The notes under the pieces are model-generated. The model saw nothing but the letters and a program-made list of their open reading frames with translations, was not told the origin of the DNA and made no database searches. From NCBI RefSeq assembly GCF_004010195.1, contig NC_057720.1, forward strand, positions 9,071,646 to 9,135,645: DNA of 64,000 nucleotides. The letters run 5' to 3'. Positions within the stretch are counted from its first letter, which is position 1; each line of letters starts with the position of its first letter. The DNA comes from Chiloscyllium plagiosum (taxonomy: Eukaryota). Made by a program: the position numbers and the translations under genes. Shown piece after piece: positions 24,678 through 37,085 of this stretch.

Positions 24678-26111
24678 CTGGAAATGATGATTGGAAGATA
24701 TCAATCCCTCTGTTGAACAATCTCATGTTGAGGAAGTTCTGCACACCTGGTATAATTTTGGTAAGCCTGGCATACACTCAGACAAGGCCTTGGCATCAAA
24801 CCCGAAGTGTGATGCCCAGAATTCTACCCAGTAATCCAGATGTGGTTTCTTGTAATTCATTCAGAAGATGTGGGTTTCACTGTCCGTAATTACAGCTTCA
24901 GCTGCAGGTGGGTCGCCTTCTTGAGCTGTTGCTGTGCCTGAGGAACAGGTATGTCTGCAATGGAAGTGAGTTTTCATTGACTGAGGCTTTGCAATGGTTT
25001 GGTACAATAAATGGCTTGCTCAGCCATCTCAGAGGGTGTTCAAGTGTCAACCACATTGCTGTGGGTCTGGATTCACATGTAGGCCAAATCAGACAATGTC
25101 CTTCCCTCGCGGACCTCTGTGACCCAAAGGGGTTTTCAGTGCCAAACAGTTATAATTTATGTTTAACTTTACTGAATCTTGCTTTTGATTCCAGATTCAT
25201 TGATTGAATTTCAAAGTTTTGCAAAGATGCATATGCATTTTTGCATACCTTTATTCATAAAACCATCGATTCCATATATTTATTTTAATAGCTTTAGCAA
25301 AGCTGCCTGTCCCTTTGGAACAGTTACATGTGTAAATCTTGAGGTTTCTCTGTTCCTGCACCCCACTTACAAATTAGGTTATGTTGCTGAATAAGCAGCA
25401 CTAATTCATTTTCTCAATGTGAAATTTGGACTGTCATGCCATTTGATGATTTCAGTAGGTCGTGTTTAAAGTTATGTGTCCCCAGTATTTGTGTAAAACC
25501 TGATCTTATCTTCCCACATGATAAAGGGGAACTAGTACCACTGAGGAGGTGATCAAGATTTAATGTTTGACCTACATTAATGTAGATTTATTTGATGCAG
25601 TTGAAGAACTCTTTGTGGTCAATTTTTTCCAAATGACAATATGCTGATTTTTCAAACATAAAGCATTTATTATTTAAATGTTCTGCTAATCCAGACAATT
25701 ATGTTAAAACACTCAGTCATTGACTGATCTAACCTGCTCTTGTCTTCACTCAGCAGTTCATTTATGAAAATATTTATCACATCGCACAATCAATCTTTCA
25801 TAATTCCCCATATGTACTCGTCACTATTCAAAATAGAAAATTAATTGAAAAGTCTTAAAGCAGGATCAGTGACTGAATAAAATAAACATTTGAGTATTGT
25901 TGATAGGTTACATGAGACATTGCTGAGAAATCCTCTCGGACACCATTTCCAACTTAAATAAACAAAAACAAAATGGATGGAGATATATTTCATGGGATTC
26001 GGGGAATATTGTTATTCTCAACAAAGTGTGAGTTTGACTCCCTTTTAACCTTTTAACCCTTCATTTGGAAGCTGCTTCCAATCTAATAAAATACAAATGG
26101 GTTCTTTATCA

Positions 26112-27062
26112 TTCAGATGGGTCAGGCAGTGAAGAAGGTTATCAAAGATTGCAAAGGGATCATGACCAATTGAGTCAATGGGCTGAGGAGTGACAGATGG
26201 AGTTTAATTTGGATAAATGTGAGGCATTTTAGTAATATAAACAAAGGCAAAACGTATACGAATAAAGGTAGGACCCTGGGTAGTGTTTTCGACCTGGGGT
26301 TCATATACACAATTCTTTAAAATTGCATCACATGAGGACAGGGTAATTAAGAAGGAGTTTAGTACGCTTGCCTTCATTGCTCAGACCTTTGAGTGTTGGG
26401 ATTTCATGTTGGGTTTGTACAGGACATTGGTGAGGCCTGTTTTGGAGAACTGTGCCCAGATCTACTCGCCCTGTCATATGAAGGATATTATGAAACTGGA
26501 GAGGGCTCAGAAAAGACTTACCAGGATGTTGCTGGGAATTGAGGGTTAGACAAATAGGAATAGACTGGAAAGGGCTTGGACTTTTTTCAGTGGAATGTAG
26601 GAGGACAAGTGACTTCATTAAGGTTTATAATATCATGAAGGACATAGATATGGTGAATGACAAGGGGCTTTTCCTAGAATGCAGGAGATCAAAACTAGAG
26701 GGTGCATTTTTTTAAGGGAGGATAAAGATTTAAGAAAGATTTAAGAAGGACATGAGGGGTAACTTTTTTTACACAGAGGATGGGAAGTGTGTTGAATGAA
26801 CTGCCAAAGAAAGCGGCGAATTATACTCAATGCTTTGACCAATAAAGACAAGCATGCCAAACTACCCTGTGACTCCACTTTCAAGGAACTATGGACCTGC
26901 ATTCCAAAGTCTCTGTTCAGCAACACTCCCCAGGACCTTATCATTAAGTTTATAAGTCCTGCCCTGATTTGCCTTTCTGCAAGCAGCTACTCACGTTTAT
27001 CTAAATTAAATTCCATCTGCCATTCCTCAGCCCATTGGCCCACCTGATCAAGATCCTGTCAT
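26112..27062. mobile_element. Two abutting CR1 fragments (plus 26112-26820, minus 26821-27062)
   Basis: LYRTLVRPVLE on the plus strand; QVHSSLKVESQ on the minus strand. Confidence 0.82.
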
Positions 27063-27484
27063 ACTCTTCTCTAATATGTTAAATATAGAAATGTTCTAGT
27101 GGTAGATGCAGAACTCATCCTAGTTTATTCTGTTTCCTATCATTCACTGCTATCCATTGTACATCTAAAAATCATTGAGTTACCTCTTTTTCTACATTAA
27201 AGAGACTGCATAAATTCAGGTTCAATTGGATTAAAAGGAGAAATGCATTTTTAAAAAAAATCATTGTTGTCTATTTCATATCTCAGATCGCTGCAGAAAT
27301 TACATTAAGTTTCTCTATGCATAATAGATTTTATTCATAGTATTTTAAAAAGTCTGCTCCTTGCTTCGTCTCCAAGGTCCAGCTCTTTCTGAAAGTTTTG
27401 TATATTCCTCTCTGAATCCACGGCAAGGATTGTTCAACAAGGATAGTACAGAATGAAGAGGAGACATAGTCACTGACCACCGTC

Positions 27485-27805
27485 TGGTGGCACAGTGGCT
27501 CAGTGGTTAGTACTGCAGCCTCACAGCCCCAGGGACCCAGGTTTGATTCCACTCTCGAGCAGCTATCAAATGGTGTTTGCACGTTTTCCCACTGCCTGTG
27601 TGGGTTCCCACAGGTGCTCCAGTTTCCTCCCAAAGTCCAAGGGTGTGCAGGTTAGGTGGATTGGCCATGGGAAATTGCCTTGAGTGTCCAGGGGACATAC
27701 AGGCTAGGTGGGTTAGCCATGGAGTGGGTCTAGATGGGATGTTACTCTGAGGCTTTTTGTGCACCCAATGGGCTGAATGACCTCCTTCCTCAGTGATTCT
27801 ATGAA
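27485..27805 (+). mobile_element. HE1-type V-SINE
   Basis: ggtggcacagtggctcagtggttag head and V-domain. Confidence 0.85.
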
Positions 27806-28264
27806 AGATCATTCCTCGCCCTTATCAATCTGGAAAATCCTGAAACTTACTGGAGAAAACACTAACTGAAAGTGGGAGATTCTGCCCAATTGTCCATCAC
27901 AATTAAATGGAACATGACATACAGAAATATAAATGTGTGGCTATTTTACACCTGCACAGATACAACATGGGTGCTGGGGAATAAATAAGCACTACTGCCT
28001 AAGGCGGTAGTGTGAGGAAAGAAAAAATAATAATAACAGGAGTGTCAGATATCCTGAAAAAAGAAGAAAAAAGAAAATAAAGAAAGCGAAAAAAATAAAC
28101 AGTGGGGGCACAGCTGAAATAGCTCGGTTGAGAGAGTGTTAGGTCCCTGGTTCAATAGAAGGGACCTTCCTGAGGTACAGAGGTAAAACCAGAGGCTTGG
28201 GTTCAAGGCCCAACCACTGTAGAGGTATGTAATAACATCTCTGAACAGGTTGGTTAGCAAAATA

Positions 28265-28405
28265 GGTTAAATTATAGACAGGGGATTCAGAACCTCCTCA
28301 GTTCACGGACTGACTCTGAGTACGCTGGCCACAGGCAGTGTACTGTGCAAATGCAAATAAAGAGTGACTTGGGGATGGGATACCATCCTCTGTGCAGTTA
28401 TTTCA
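28265..28405 (+). mobile_element. LTR family B fragment
   Basis: aataaagagtgacttgg...gcagttatttca end. Confidence 0.6.
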
Positions 28406-28424
28406 CTAACCATTAAGCCAGCTA

Positions 28425-28955
28425 TCATAGAATCCCTACGGTGCGGAAACAGACCTTGTGGCCCAAAAAGTACACACTGACCGTCTGAAGAGTGTCCCCC
28501 TCCCTAATTACTGTATACTTACCCCTGACTAATACACCTAACCTGGTGAAAGTGAGGACTGCAGATGCTGGAGACAGAAATCAAGAGTGAGTTGCTAGAA
28601 AAGCACAGTAGGTCAGGCAGCATTTGAGGAGCAGGAGAATCAATGTTTCGGGCATAAGCCCTTCATCAGGGATGATGTTTCCTGATGAAGGGCTTATGCC
28701 CGAAACGTCGATTCTCCTGCTCCTCAGATGCTGCCTGACCTGCTGTGCTAACCTCCACATCCCAGAACACTATGGACAATTTAGTATGGCCCATTCACCT
28801 GACCTGCACATTTTTGCACTGTGGGAGGAAACCGGAGCACCCGGAGGAAACTCGCACAGACACGGGGAAACAGACAGTCACTCGAAGTGGAATTGAGCCC
28901 AGGTCCCTGGCACTCTGAGGAAACAGTGCTAACCACTGAGTCACCGTGCCATCCC
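28425..28955 (-). mobile_element. HE1 SINE interrupted by a Penelope palindrome (28545-28747)
   Basis: ctaacct is duplicated on both sides of the insert. Confidence 0.82.
28678..28714 (+). ncRNA. Minimal hammerhead ribozyme motif with intact core
   Basis: CTGATGA (28682)-agggc ttat gccc-GAAAC (28702)-GTC; a second motif lies on the minus strand at 28637-28672. Confidence 0.7.
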
Positions 28956-29949
28956 ACTAGCTGTTCACTTTGGCTCAATTGCAGTTCTGGCCCCAAGTAT
29001 CTCACTCTTGGACTTGAGATCCAGACCTTGGCAGACACTCCACCCCAGGATCAGCAAAATCTTTTGCTGCTCATCGTGTTAAATGTATGGTGTCAACACT
29101 GATGGGATGCAAGAGGTGAAAAGGACCAGGGCAGTGGTCCCAGTGTTCTGGGTAGCATTCAACCTCAACCAACATCTCAAATAATACTTCAGAGGACACT
29201 TTTCTCATTGGTGCCGTTTGAACTGTGCTGAATGTAAACTGCCCAGTTGTTTCCAACACTACACCGCAGACTCCCTTTCAAAAGTAGACAAGTTATTATG
29301 AAAGGTTTTCTGATGTGCTCCGGTCTTGTAAACCAGAAAGGGAAGTTATTTCTTAAAAATCTCAATCTGATAGCAGGCAAAGTCAATATTTGTAACGAAT
29401 GTTGAAAAACAGAAGAGCATGATTTATAGAAATTTATAAAAATAATGGCCAATGTGTTTGACTCTACTGTGCCTGCTAGGAGGAAGTGAGGGCTGCAGAT
29501 GCGGGAGAGCCAGTGTCGATAAGTGTGGCACTGGAAAAGCACAACAGGTCGGGCAGCATCTGAGGAGCTGGAGAGTTGATGTTCCAGACATAAGCCCGTC
29601 ATCAGGGATACTGCTGTGCCTGTTGTACAGAGAGAGAAAAAGTAAAGAAGGAAGGGAATTTTCCTGGCCTCTGAACGGTATGGGTAATGACAAGAGACAA
29701 ACTAACCACTACCCCTTGACCTTCCATCATGGAATCCCACTCTATCAACATCATCACAGTAATCATATTGACTAGAAATTCAACTGAACTCACCATGTAA
29801 ATACAGTAACTACAAGAGCAGGTTGAAGGCTTGGAATCCTGCAGTAAATAACCCTCCTCCTAATTCCCAACATCCATCCACCACTTATGAGGCACAAGTC
29901 AGGAGTGTTGATTGGAATAGTTGCTACCCCTCAAACAGATTCTGCGATG

Positions 29950-30690
29950 TTGAGTAGAGGAGTTGGGGCATTATGCTACATTGTGTAAGTCGCTGGTGAG
30001 GCCACACTTGGAGTATTACGTACAGTTCTAGTTGCCCTATTATAGGAAAGATATAGTTAAACTGAAGAGTGCAAAGACGATTTACGAGAATGTTTCCAGG
30101 ACTGGTAGGCTAGAGTTATAGTGAGAGGTTGGCCAGGGTAGGATTTTATTCCTTGGAATGTAGGACAATAAGGGGTGACCTTGTTGAAGTGTAGTGTTTT
30201 TTCCCAGGAATGGGGAATTGAAAACTAGACGACATAGGTTTAAGGTGAGAGGAGAAAGATTTAAGAAGGACCTGAAGGGCAACTTCTTCACATATGGTAT
30301 GACAGGTCGGCACAACATCGAGGGCCGAAGGGCCTGTACTGCGCTGCAATGTTCTAAGTTCTAAATGTTCTATGTTCTATATGGTGCATATATGGAATAG
30401 GCTGCCAGAGAAAGTGGTTGATGCAGGTACAATAGCAACACTTAAAAACCATTTGGATAGGTACATGGATGGGAAGGGTTTAAAGGATTATGGACAAAAT
30501 ATAGACAATTGGAACTGCGAGAGTGTGGTGCTGGAAAAGCACAGCAGGTCTGACAGCAACCAAGGAGAAGGAAAATCGATGTTTTGAGCAAGAGCCCCTC
30601 AAAAGGGCCAGCATGGACCAGTTTGGGCCAAAGGGCCTGTTTCCTTGCTGTAATACTCAATGACTCTGTTACTCTATGACTCTATGACAG
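29950..30690 (+). mobile_element. CR1 LINE 3' fragments with nested inserts
   Basis: LVRPHLEY..., WNRLPEKVVDAG and (tgactct) tail. Confidence 0.82.
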
Positions 30691-31059
30691 TAAATGAACT
30701 GGTGGAGGGTGCAGTGAACATCATTGCTGGTGGTTCTTCTGAGGGACCTTTGACATCTTTCCAAAAGATGTTGAAGCAGTTGATCTCTTTTGGGAGATTC
30801 TGTGGATCATGCCTGAAGATGACGCGAGAGAGAATGAGTTGTGTCGTAGGGGTAGAAGCTTGGGCATGTTAAGAATATGCTTGCCTATTTGGGTGCAGCT
30901 CCAACAGCACACAAGATACCACTTTGTCACCATCCAGAACAAATCTGTCACCTCTCACCTTAAACCTATGTCCTCCACTTTTCAACTCCCCATCCCTGGG
31001 AAAAACACTGGATACATTCATCCTGTCTATGCCCCTCATGATTGATTGTCTCCATATCC

Positions 31060-31445
31060 AAATACATCCATTTCCTCCACCACCGGCACTCAGTGGCAGT
31101 AGTGTGTACCATATACAAGATGCATTACAGAAATTCACCAAGGTTCCTCAGACAGCACCTTCCAAACCCATAACCATCTAGAAGGACACAGGCAGAAGAT
31201 ACATGGGAACACAACAAGTTCCCCTCCAAGCCACACACCATCTTGACTTGGAAATATATCACTGTTCCTTCAGTATCACTAGTTGCAAACCTGGAATTCC
31301 CTTCCAAGGGTATCGTGAGTCAAACCACAACAGGTGGACTGCAGCGGTTCAAGAAAGCACCTCACCATCACCTTCTCAAGGGGAAAATGGGGACGGGCAG
31401 TAAATGCTGGCCCAGATAGGGATTCTCACGAGTGACTAAAAAAAA
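31060..31445 (+). mobile_element. LINE family B 3' end
   Basis: ggactgcagcggttcaagaaagc...caccttctcaaggg tail. Confidence 0.75.
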
Positions 31446-31499
31446 TTGTGAAAACTCTGCGAGAATGGAGAAATGAGATTCTTAGTATCAATGTTCAGT

Positions 31500-31870
31500 C
31501 TAGAGGTTTATAAAATCTTGAGGGGTATGGATAGGGTAAATAGACAAGATCTTTTCCCTGGGGTGAGGGAGTCCATAACTAGAGGGCATAGGTTAAGGTT
31601 GAGGTGGGAAAGATTTGAAAGGGACCTAAGGGACAACGTTTTTGTACAGACTGGTGCGTGTATGGAATGAGCAGCCAGAGGAAGTGGTGGAAGCTGGTAC
31701 AATTACAACATTTAAAAGACATCTGGATGAGTATATGAATAGAAAGGGTTTAGAGGGATTGGCCCAAATGCTGATAAATGGGACTAGATTAGTTTGGGAT
31801 ATCTGGTTCGCATGGACAAGTTGGATCGAAGGGTCTGTTTCAGTGCTGCACATCTGAAAGTCTATGATTG
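31500..31870 (+). mobile_element. HER1/CR1 3' fragment
   Basis: EVYKILRGMDRV...WNEQPEEVVEAG. Confidence 0.88.
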
Positions 31871-32154
31871 TGTGACATAGACAAGAATCTCACTAGTGAG
31901 CAGTGTGAAGCCTATTTGCATTATCTCATTATTACCTAATCTCACCTCATATGCAAATTGCAGTTGTGGAACATTGGTAGCGTCCATTCCTCTGAGCTAG
32001 GAGGCCTCACTTGAACTCCAACTGCTTCAGAGGGCTGTTATTGTCTCTCAGAATGGATTAATTATGAAATAGCTACAGGTTTGCTGTTTTAAAATGTGGC
32101 AAAGAGAACTCAACGATGCCAATTTAGAGAGCTCGAAGGATGGCTGCAGCTCAC

Positions 32155-32212
32155 CAGGGCCTTCTCCATGTCTACGTCTTGGCCAGCGTCCCCCAACATC
32201 TCAGGGTCCATT
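32155..32212 (-). CDS. Candidate 58-nt exon (MDPEMLGDAGQDVDMEKAL), unidentified gene
   Basis: Minus strand tgacccctcttgctgcccgtag/AATGGAC...GCCCTG/gtgagc; only one open frame; GC/CpG-rich unique sequence. Confidence 0.4.
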
Positions 32213-32552
32213 CTACGGGCAGCAAGAGGGGTCATTATTGACAAATATGGCGGCCCATCTCCAGCTCACTTAATATGCAGCTCACCATAAAGTCAGTGGT
32301 CTACAACCCAAACAAACACATCCTTCAGCCCATCGAGTTGACACCAGTTAAAATCAATTTCCAGGCTCTTCTAATCCTATTTTCCAGCACTTGACCCATA
32401 ACCTTTACCTACACCTTAAGTTCCAAAGCTGCTGTCTCGCAGTAAAGTCATCCAGTGATCTCATGCATCAGTACAGTATATGTTCCAGGGCCCTCATCAT
32501 GCTTTATTAACACTCCACTCACTTACTTGCTCTGACTTCGGTGCTTCTCCTG

Positions 32553-32915
32553 TTTATTTTATTCATTTATGGGCTGAGGGCATCATTGGCTCAGATAGTA
32601 TTTAATGCCCATCTGTTATTGCCCAGAGGGCAGTTAAGGTCAACCCCATTGCTGTGTGCCTGGAGTCACATGTAGGCCAGACCGGGTAAGGGTAGCAGAT
32701 TTCCTTCCCTAAAGGGAATTAATGAACCAGATGTGTTTTTCGAACAATCAACAAAGGATTCACGGTCATCATTAGACTCTCTATGCCAGATTATGCATTG
32801 AGTTCAAATTCCACCATCTACCATGGCAGGATTCGAACCTGGGCGCGCAGAACATTACCAGGGTCTCTGAATTAAGAGTCTGACAATAATGCCACTCAGC
32901 CACCACCTCCCCTTG
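32553..32915 (-). mobile_element. tRNA-derived SINE, family B, full length
   Basis: Reverse complement of the 15665 type; B-box caggttcgaatcc on the minus strand. Confidence 0.8.
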
Positions 32916-33620
32916 CTGTAACATTATGCAATAAAAATTGAAATGAACAGTTGATTGCTGGCTTCACAGCTACGCATTCAACACTAATGAGATGGTATGA
33001 TATGGAGAGTCCAAGGAAAAAGGAACACTCCTTCAGACAGGGTTCCATGGCTCTTGGGAAGGGAGCTCTCTCAACATTTAACTCTTGTAGCTGCAGCTGG
33101 AGTGACAGTCGATCAGACCAATGATGTAATGTAATGTTTTTGCAAATGTGACATTCTATTTACAAAGACATGTCGCCCATGCCATCAATGTATCCTGAGC
33201 AGATTTTCATTCTTTCCTCCACTCCACTGTGTCTAGGCGCATTCCCATGGTTCACAGCTGGGATGGAGGGACCCTGCCCCATTTTGCAGCTTGAGGCTCT
33301 TAGAATTTAGGGCAAACAATCTTGGGGGCATTTCTGGCTGGGGGGCCCTTTTACCTTTGGAGAATCCTGATGTGATACAGGTTCAGGCTCCTTGGCATGA
33401 ACTTCCAGTATGAAGGGTCACAGGAAGTGTGGACGGGAAGAGGCTGGGCACCACTGCTGTTGGCGGGGGTTGGGGGGGTTAGTGGGTGATGTGAGCGCCA
33501 TCCAATGGCTGGGTGCATGCTCTCTTTACCCTAGTTCCTTGTTTTTTTAATTCGTTCATGGGATGTGAGTGTCACTGGCTGGGTCAGCATTTATTGCCCA
33601 TCCATAGTTGTCCTTGAGAA

Positions 33621-34421
33621 CATCGATATATAACAATACAGCGCAGAACAGGCCCTTTGGCCCTTGATGTTGCACTGACCTGAAAACTAATCTAAGCCCA
33701 TCCCCCTACACCATCCCATCATCATCCATATGCTTATCAAAGGACTGTTCAAATCTCCCTAATGTTGCTGAGTTAACTACATTAGCAGGCAGGGCATTCC
33801 ACACCCTTACCACTCCCTGAGTAGAGAACCTGCCTCTGACATTTGTCTTAAATCTATCACCCCTCAATTTGCAACTATCCCCCCTTGTACAAGCTGACGT
33901 TATCATTCTAGGAAAAAGACTCTCACTGTCCACCTTATCTAATCCTCTGATCATCTTGTATGTCTCTATTAAATCCCCTCTTAGCCTTCTTCTCTCCAAT
34001 GAGAACAGACCCAAGTCCCACAGCCTTTCCTCATAAGATCTTCCCTCCAGACTAGGCAACATCCTGGTAAATCTCCTCTGCACCTTTTCCAGTCCTTCCG
34101 CATCTTTCCTGTAATGGGGCGACCAAAACTGCACACAATATTCCAAGTGCGGCCGCACTAGCGCTTTGTCCAGTTACAGCATGACATCACAGCTCCAGAA
34201 CTCAATCCCTCTACCAATAAAACCTAACACACCATATGCCTTCTTAACAGCACTATCAACCTGGGTGGCAACTTTCAGGGATCTATGTACATGGGCACCA
34301 ATATCCCTCTGCATATCCACACTACCAAGAATCTTTCCATTGACCTTCATGTTATTCTTCCCAAAGTGAATAGCCTCACATTTATCTGCATTGAACTCTA
34401 TTTGCCACCTCTCAGCCCAAT
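33621..34421 (-). mobile_element. CR1 LINE 5'-truncated copy inserted in LINE family B (33542-35015)
   Basis: 150-aa ORF RPHLEYCVQFWSP...; TSD ttgagaa at 33614-33620 and 34422-34428. Confidence 0.92.
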
Positions 34422-36519
34422 TTGAGAAGGTGTCAGTGAGCTGCTTTCTTGAAACGCTGCAGTCCATGTGTTGCAGGTAGACCCACAATGCCATTAGAGA
34501 GAGAATTCCAGGATTTTGACCCATCAACACTGAAAGAACAGTGACATATTAGAAGGGTTTATGCCAGAATCATTGATTCCCCTGCTCCTACACTCTTTGA
34601 CTTTGATCTCCAGCAACTGCAGTAATCACTTTTTCCTATATTTTCAAGTCAGGATGGTGAGTGGCTTGGAGGCGAACTTGCAGGTGGTGATAATCCCATA
34701 CACCTGCTGCCCTTGTCCTTCTAGATGGACATGGTCATGGGCTTGGAAGGTGATGCCAGAGGAGTTTTGATGAATGTTTGCAGTGCATCTTGCAGTGCAT
34801 CTTGCACAGTGCTATTATAATACTGCACAGGTGTTGGAGGGAGTGGTGCTTGTAAATGTGGTGCCAATTAAGTGGGCTGCTTTATCCTGGGTGGTGTCAA
34901 GCTTCTTGAGTGTTATTGGAGCTGCACCCATCCAGGCATCCATCACGCTCCCGACCTGTGCCTTGTAGATCGGGTATCAGGAGGTGAGTTACCCACAGCA
35001 GTATTCCCAGCCTGTGAGAAAGGGTCACTGAGAGAGGTTGAGGTCCCTCCTTTCCCTGTCAGATTACTGTTAATGCTAAGAACCAATGGTGAAAGCTATG
35101 GAGTGCAAGTTTGCAGTTCTGACAGATGTTGAGGCTGCTGCATCTGGGTCTCCATTGAAGCTGTCAAACACTACACAGAGATAGCCAGATGCTCTCAAGT
35201 CAGGGCCACAATGGTACTGATAACATTGCTGAACCCCTCTACCCTTCAAACCGTACTCTCACAAATCTGCTTCCTGCTCCATACGTCTGTTTCTACATTT
35301 TAATAAATTTGAATTTATATTTTACAAGTTCAATCATGTAACGTGGATGTTGCTGGCTGGGCTAATATTTGCACTCATCGCTAGTTACCTTTGAGAAGGA
35401 ATTGTCCATAAATGCTGGTCCAGCCAGTGACGCCCACATATCATGAGCGAATTCAAACAGAATTGATAAAGTCTGACAAAGTAAGTGCCTGATCTTAGAG
35501 CACTGCCAGCAATCTGCAGCCAGTTGCAGAGAGGTACAAATGATGAATACTCCATGTCTAATCCAGATAATGTACCCACTGAGCTAACAATATCTGAGCT
35601 GGTGAGGGGAATATTGAAGTTGCTTTTTATTAGGGATCTTTGGCATCTCTCCCAGAGGTGGTAGAAAAGCTAATCTCTTACAGGAAGATACTGTTCATAC
35701 CTGAAGATGTCAAGAGAGGAAATGAATTATGCAATAGACATTTTGGCATGTTAAGAATATGCTTGCATGGGTGACAATGGAAGAGCAGTGTAATATATTC
35801 ACAATGAATCATTTTGGTTTCTAGGACCTGGTGGTCTTGGTATCACCACATGGGCAGTTTCTATCATCTTCTGCAAGCTCAAGTATCTTCTCCTTGTACG
35901 CGTGAGCAGATGAACGGTGGGCCATTTACTTCACTAATTGTCTTGGCCCTGATGTGGGCTGTTTTCTCCTGCAATGAGACAAAAGATTGGGTGAGATGAA
36001 GGTGTCTGGCAAGCACGGAAGGTCCTACAAGCAGCAATGTGGGTTCATGACAAGCTCATTGATTTCAGTGTGAAATGCAATTGATCCCTCTCCACAGATG
36101 CTGTTAGTCCTGCCGGGCATTCCGATGTTTTCTGCTTTTCTTTCAGATTTCCAGCATCTGTAGTATTTTACATCTGTTGTTTTATTGGAATAAAGGATTT
36201 GGCTATTCAGCCCCTCCAGTTTGCACTATTATTCTTCGAAATCAGGGGTATTCTGTGATCTAATTCCACCAATCCACATTTGACATCTCTTCATACCATC
36301 TGACATTTTAAAAAAATTATTAAACTTAGATGTAAAATGAATAATTGATCAAACATCAATTGCTTTTCGTGCAAGAGTTCCAAACTTCTACCACTATTTG
36401 GATGCAGCAATATTACTGCTCGATCATGGCTCTAATTAGGCTCCCAAAATAAATATTCTCTCCCTATCTAACCAATCTCTTCCTTTTCACAGAATGAATA
36501 CATTGATAATGTACATTAT

Positions 36520-37085
36520 CCTCTTATTGTCATGTGCCCTCCATTACAGGAGTACAAAGAAAAGCTTTTATAATGTCTGCCTTCTTATGGTGACATCTTA
36601 GGTACAAGTACTGAGGTACAATAGTTGGGTACAGCAGAGGAATGAACGCAGTTGCATTCCATACAGATTTGAAAATTAAGTTAAAGAAGGACATCATTAA
36701 AGGGTTGACATTTCAGTTGGTTAGGAAAGATCACATAGCCATCACAGAGTAGCAGCTCAGCACAGGGTCTCTGGTCTGACTGCCCACTGTCCCAGTCTAA
36801 CAGCCATCCCCGCTCTGCTCCAAGTCCCACACCTTTCCATACCAGCACTCAGCTGCTCGAAGGTAAGTGCCAGGACTGCCCCAGGGCTCACTACTCCCGG
36901 TGTTCCGGGCCTCGTGTTTCAGGGGCTTGCTTGCCGGCACGTGCCGCTGCTCCAGTATTCATCTCTGGTACTGAAGGAAGAGGAGAAGAAAAATAAGACA
37001 GAAAATAAAGAAATAGGAAAAGGAAAAGAATAGGTGGAACAGAGTATCTCATTCGACAGAGTATCTCATTCTGCTGCAATCCCAT
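36520..37085 (-). mobile_element. Probable non-autonomous retroelement with a Rex1-like tail
   Basis: ttattgtcatgtg...tacaggagtaca...gaaaag is shared with 51245-51310 and resembles the 2005 tail. Confidence 0.4.

Noticed and set aside
27335..27415. Possible terminal exon ...QKELDLGDEARSRLFKIL* followed by AATAAA on the minus strand
   Set aside because: Poor acceptor context, no homology, and it would end a gene in the middle of the other candidates.
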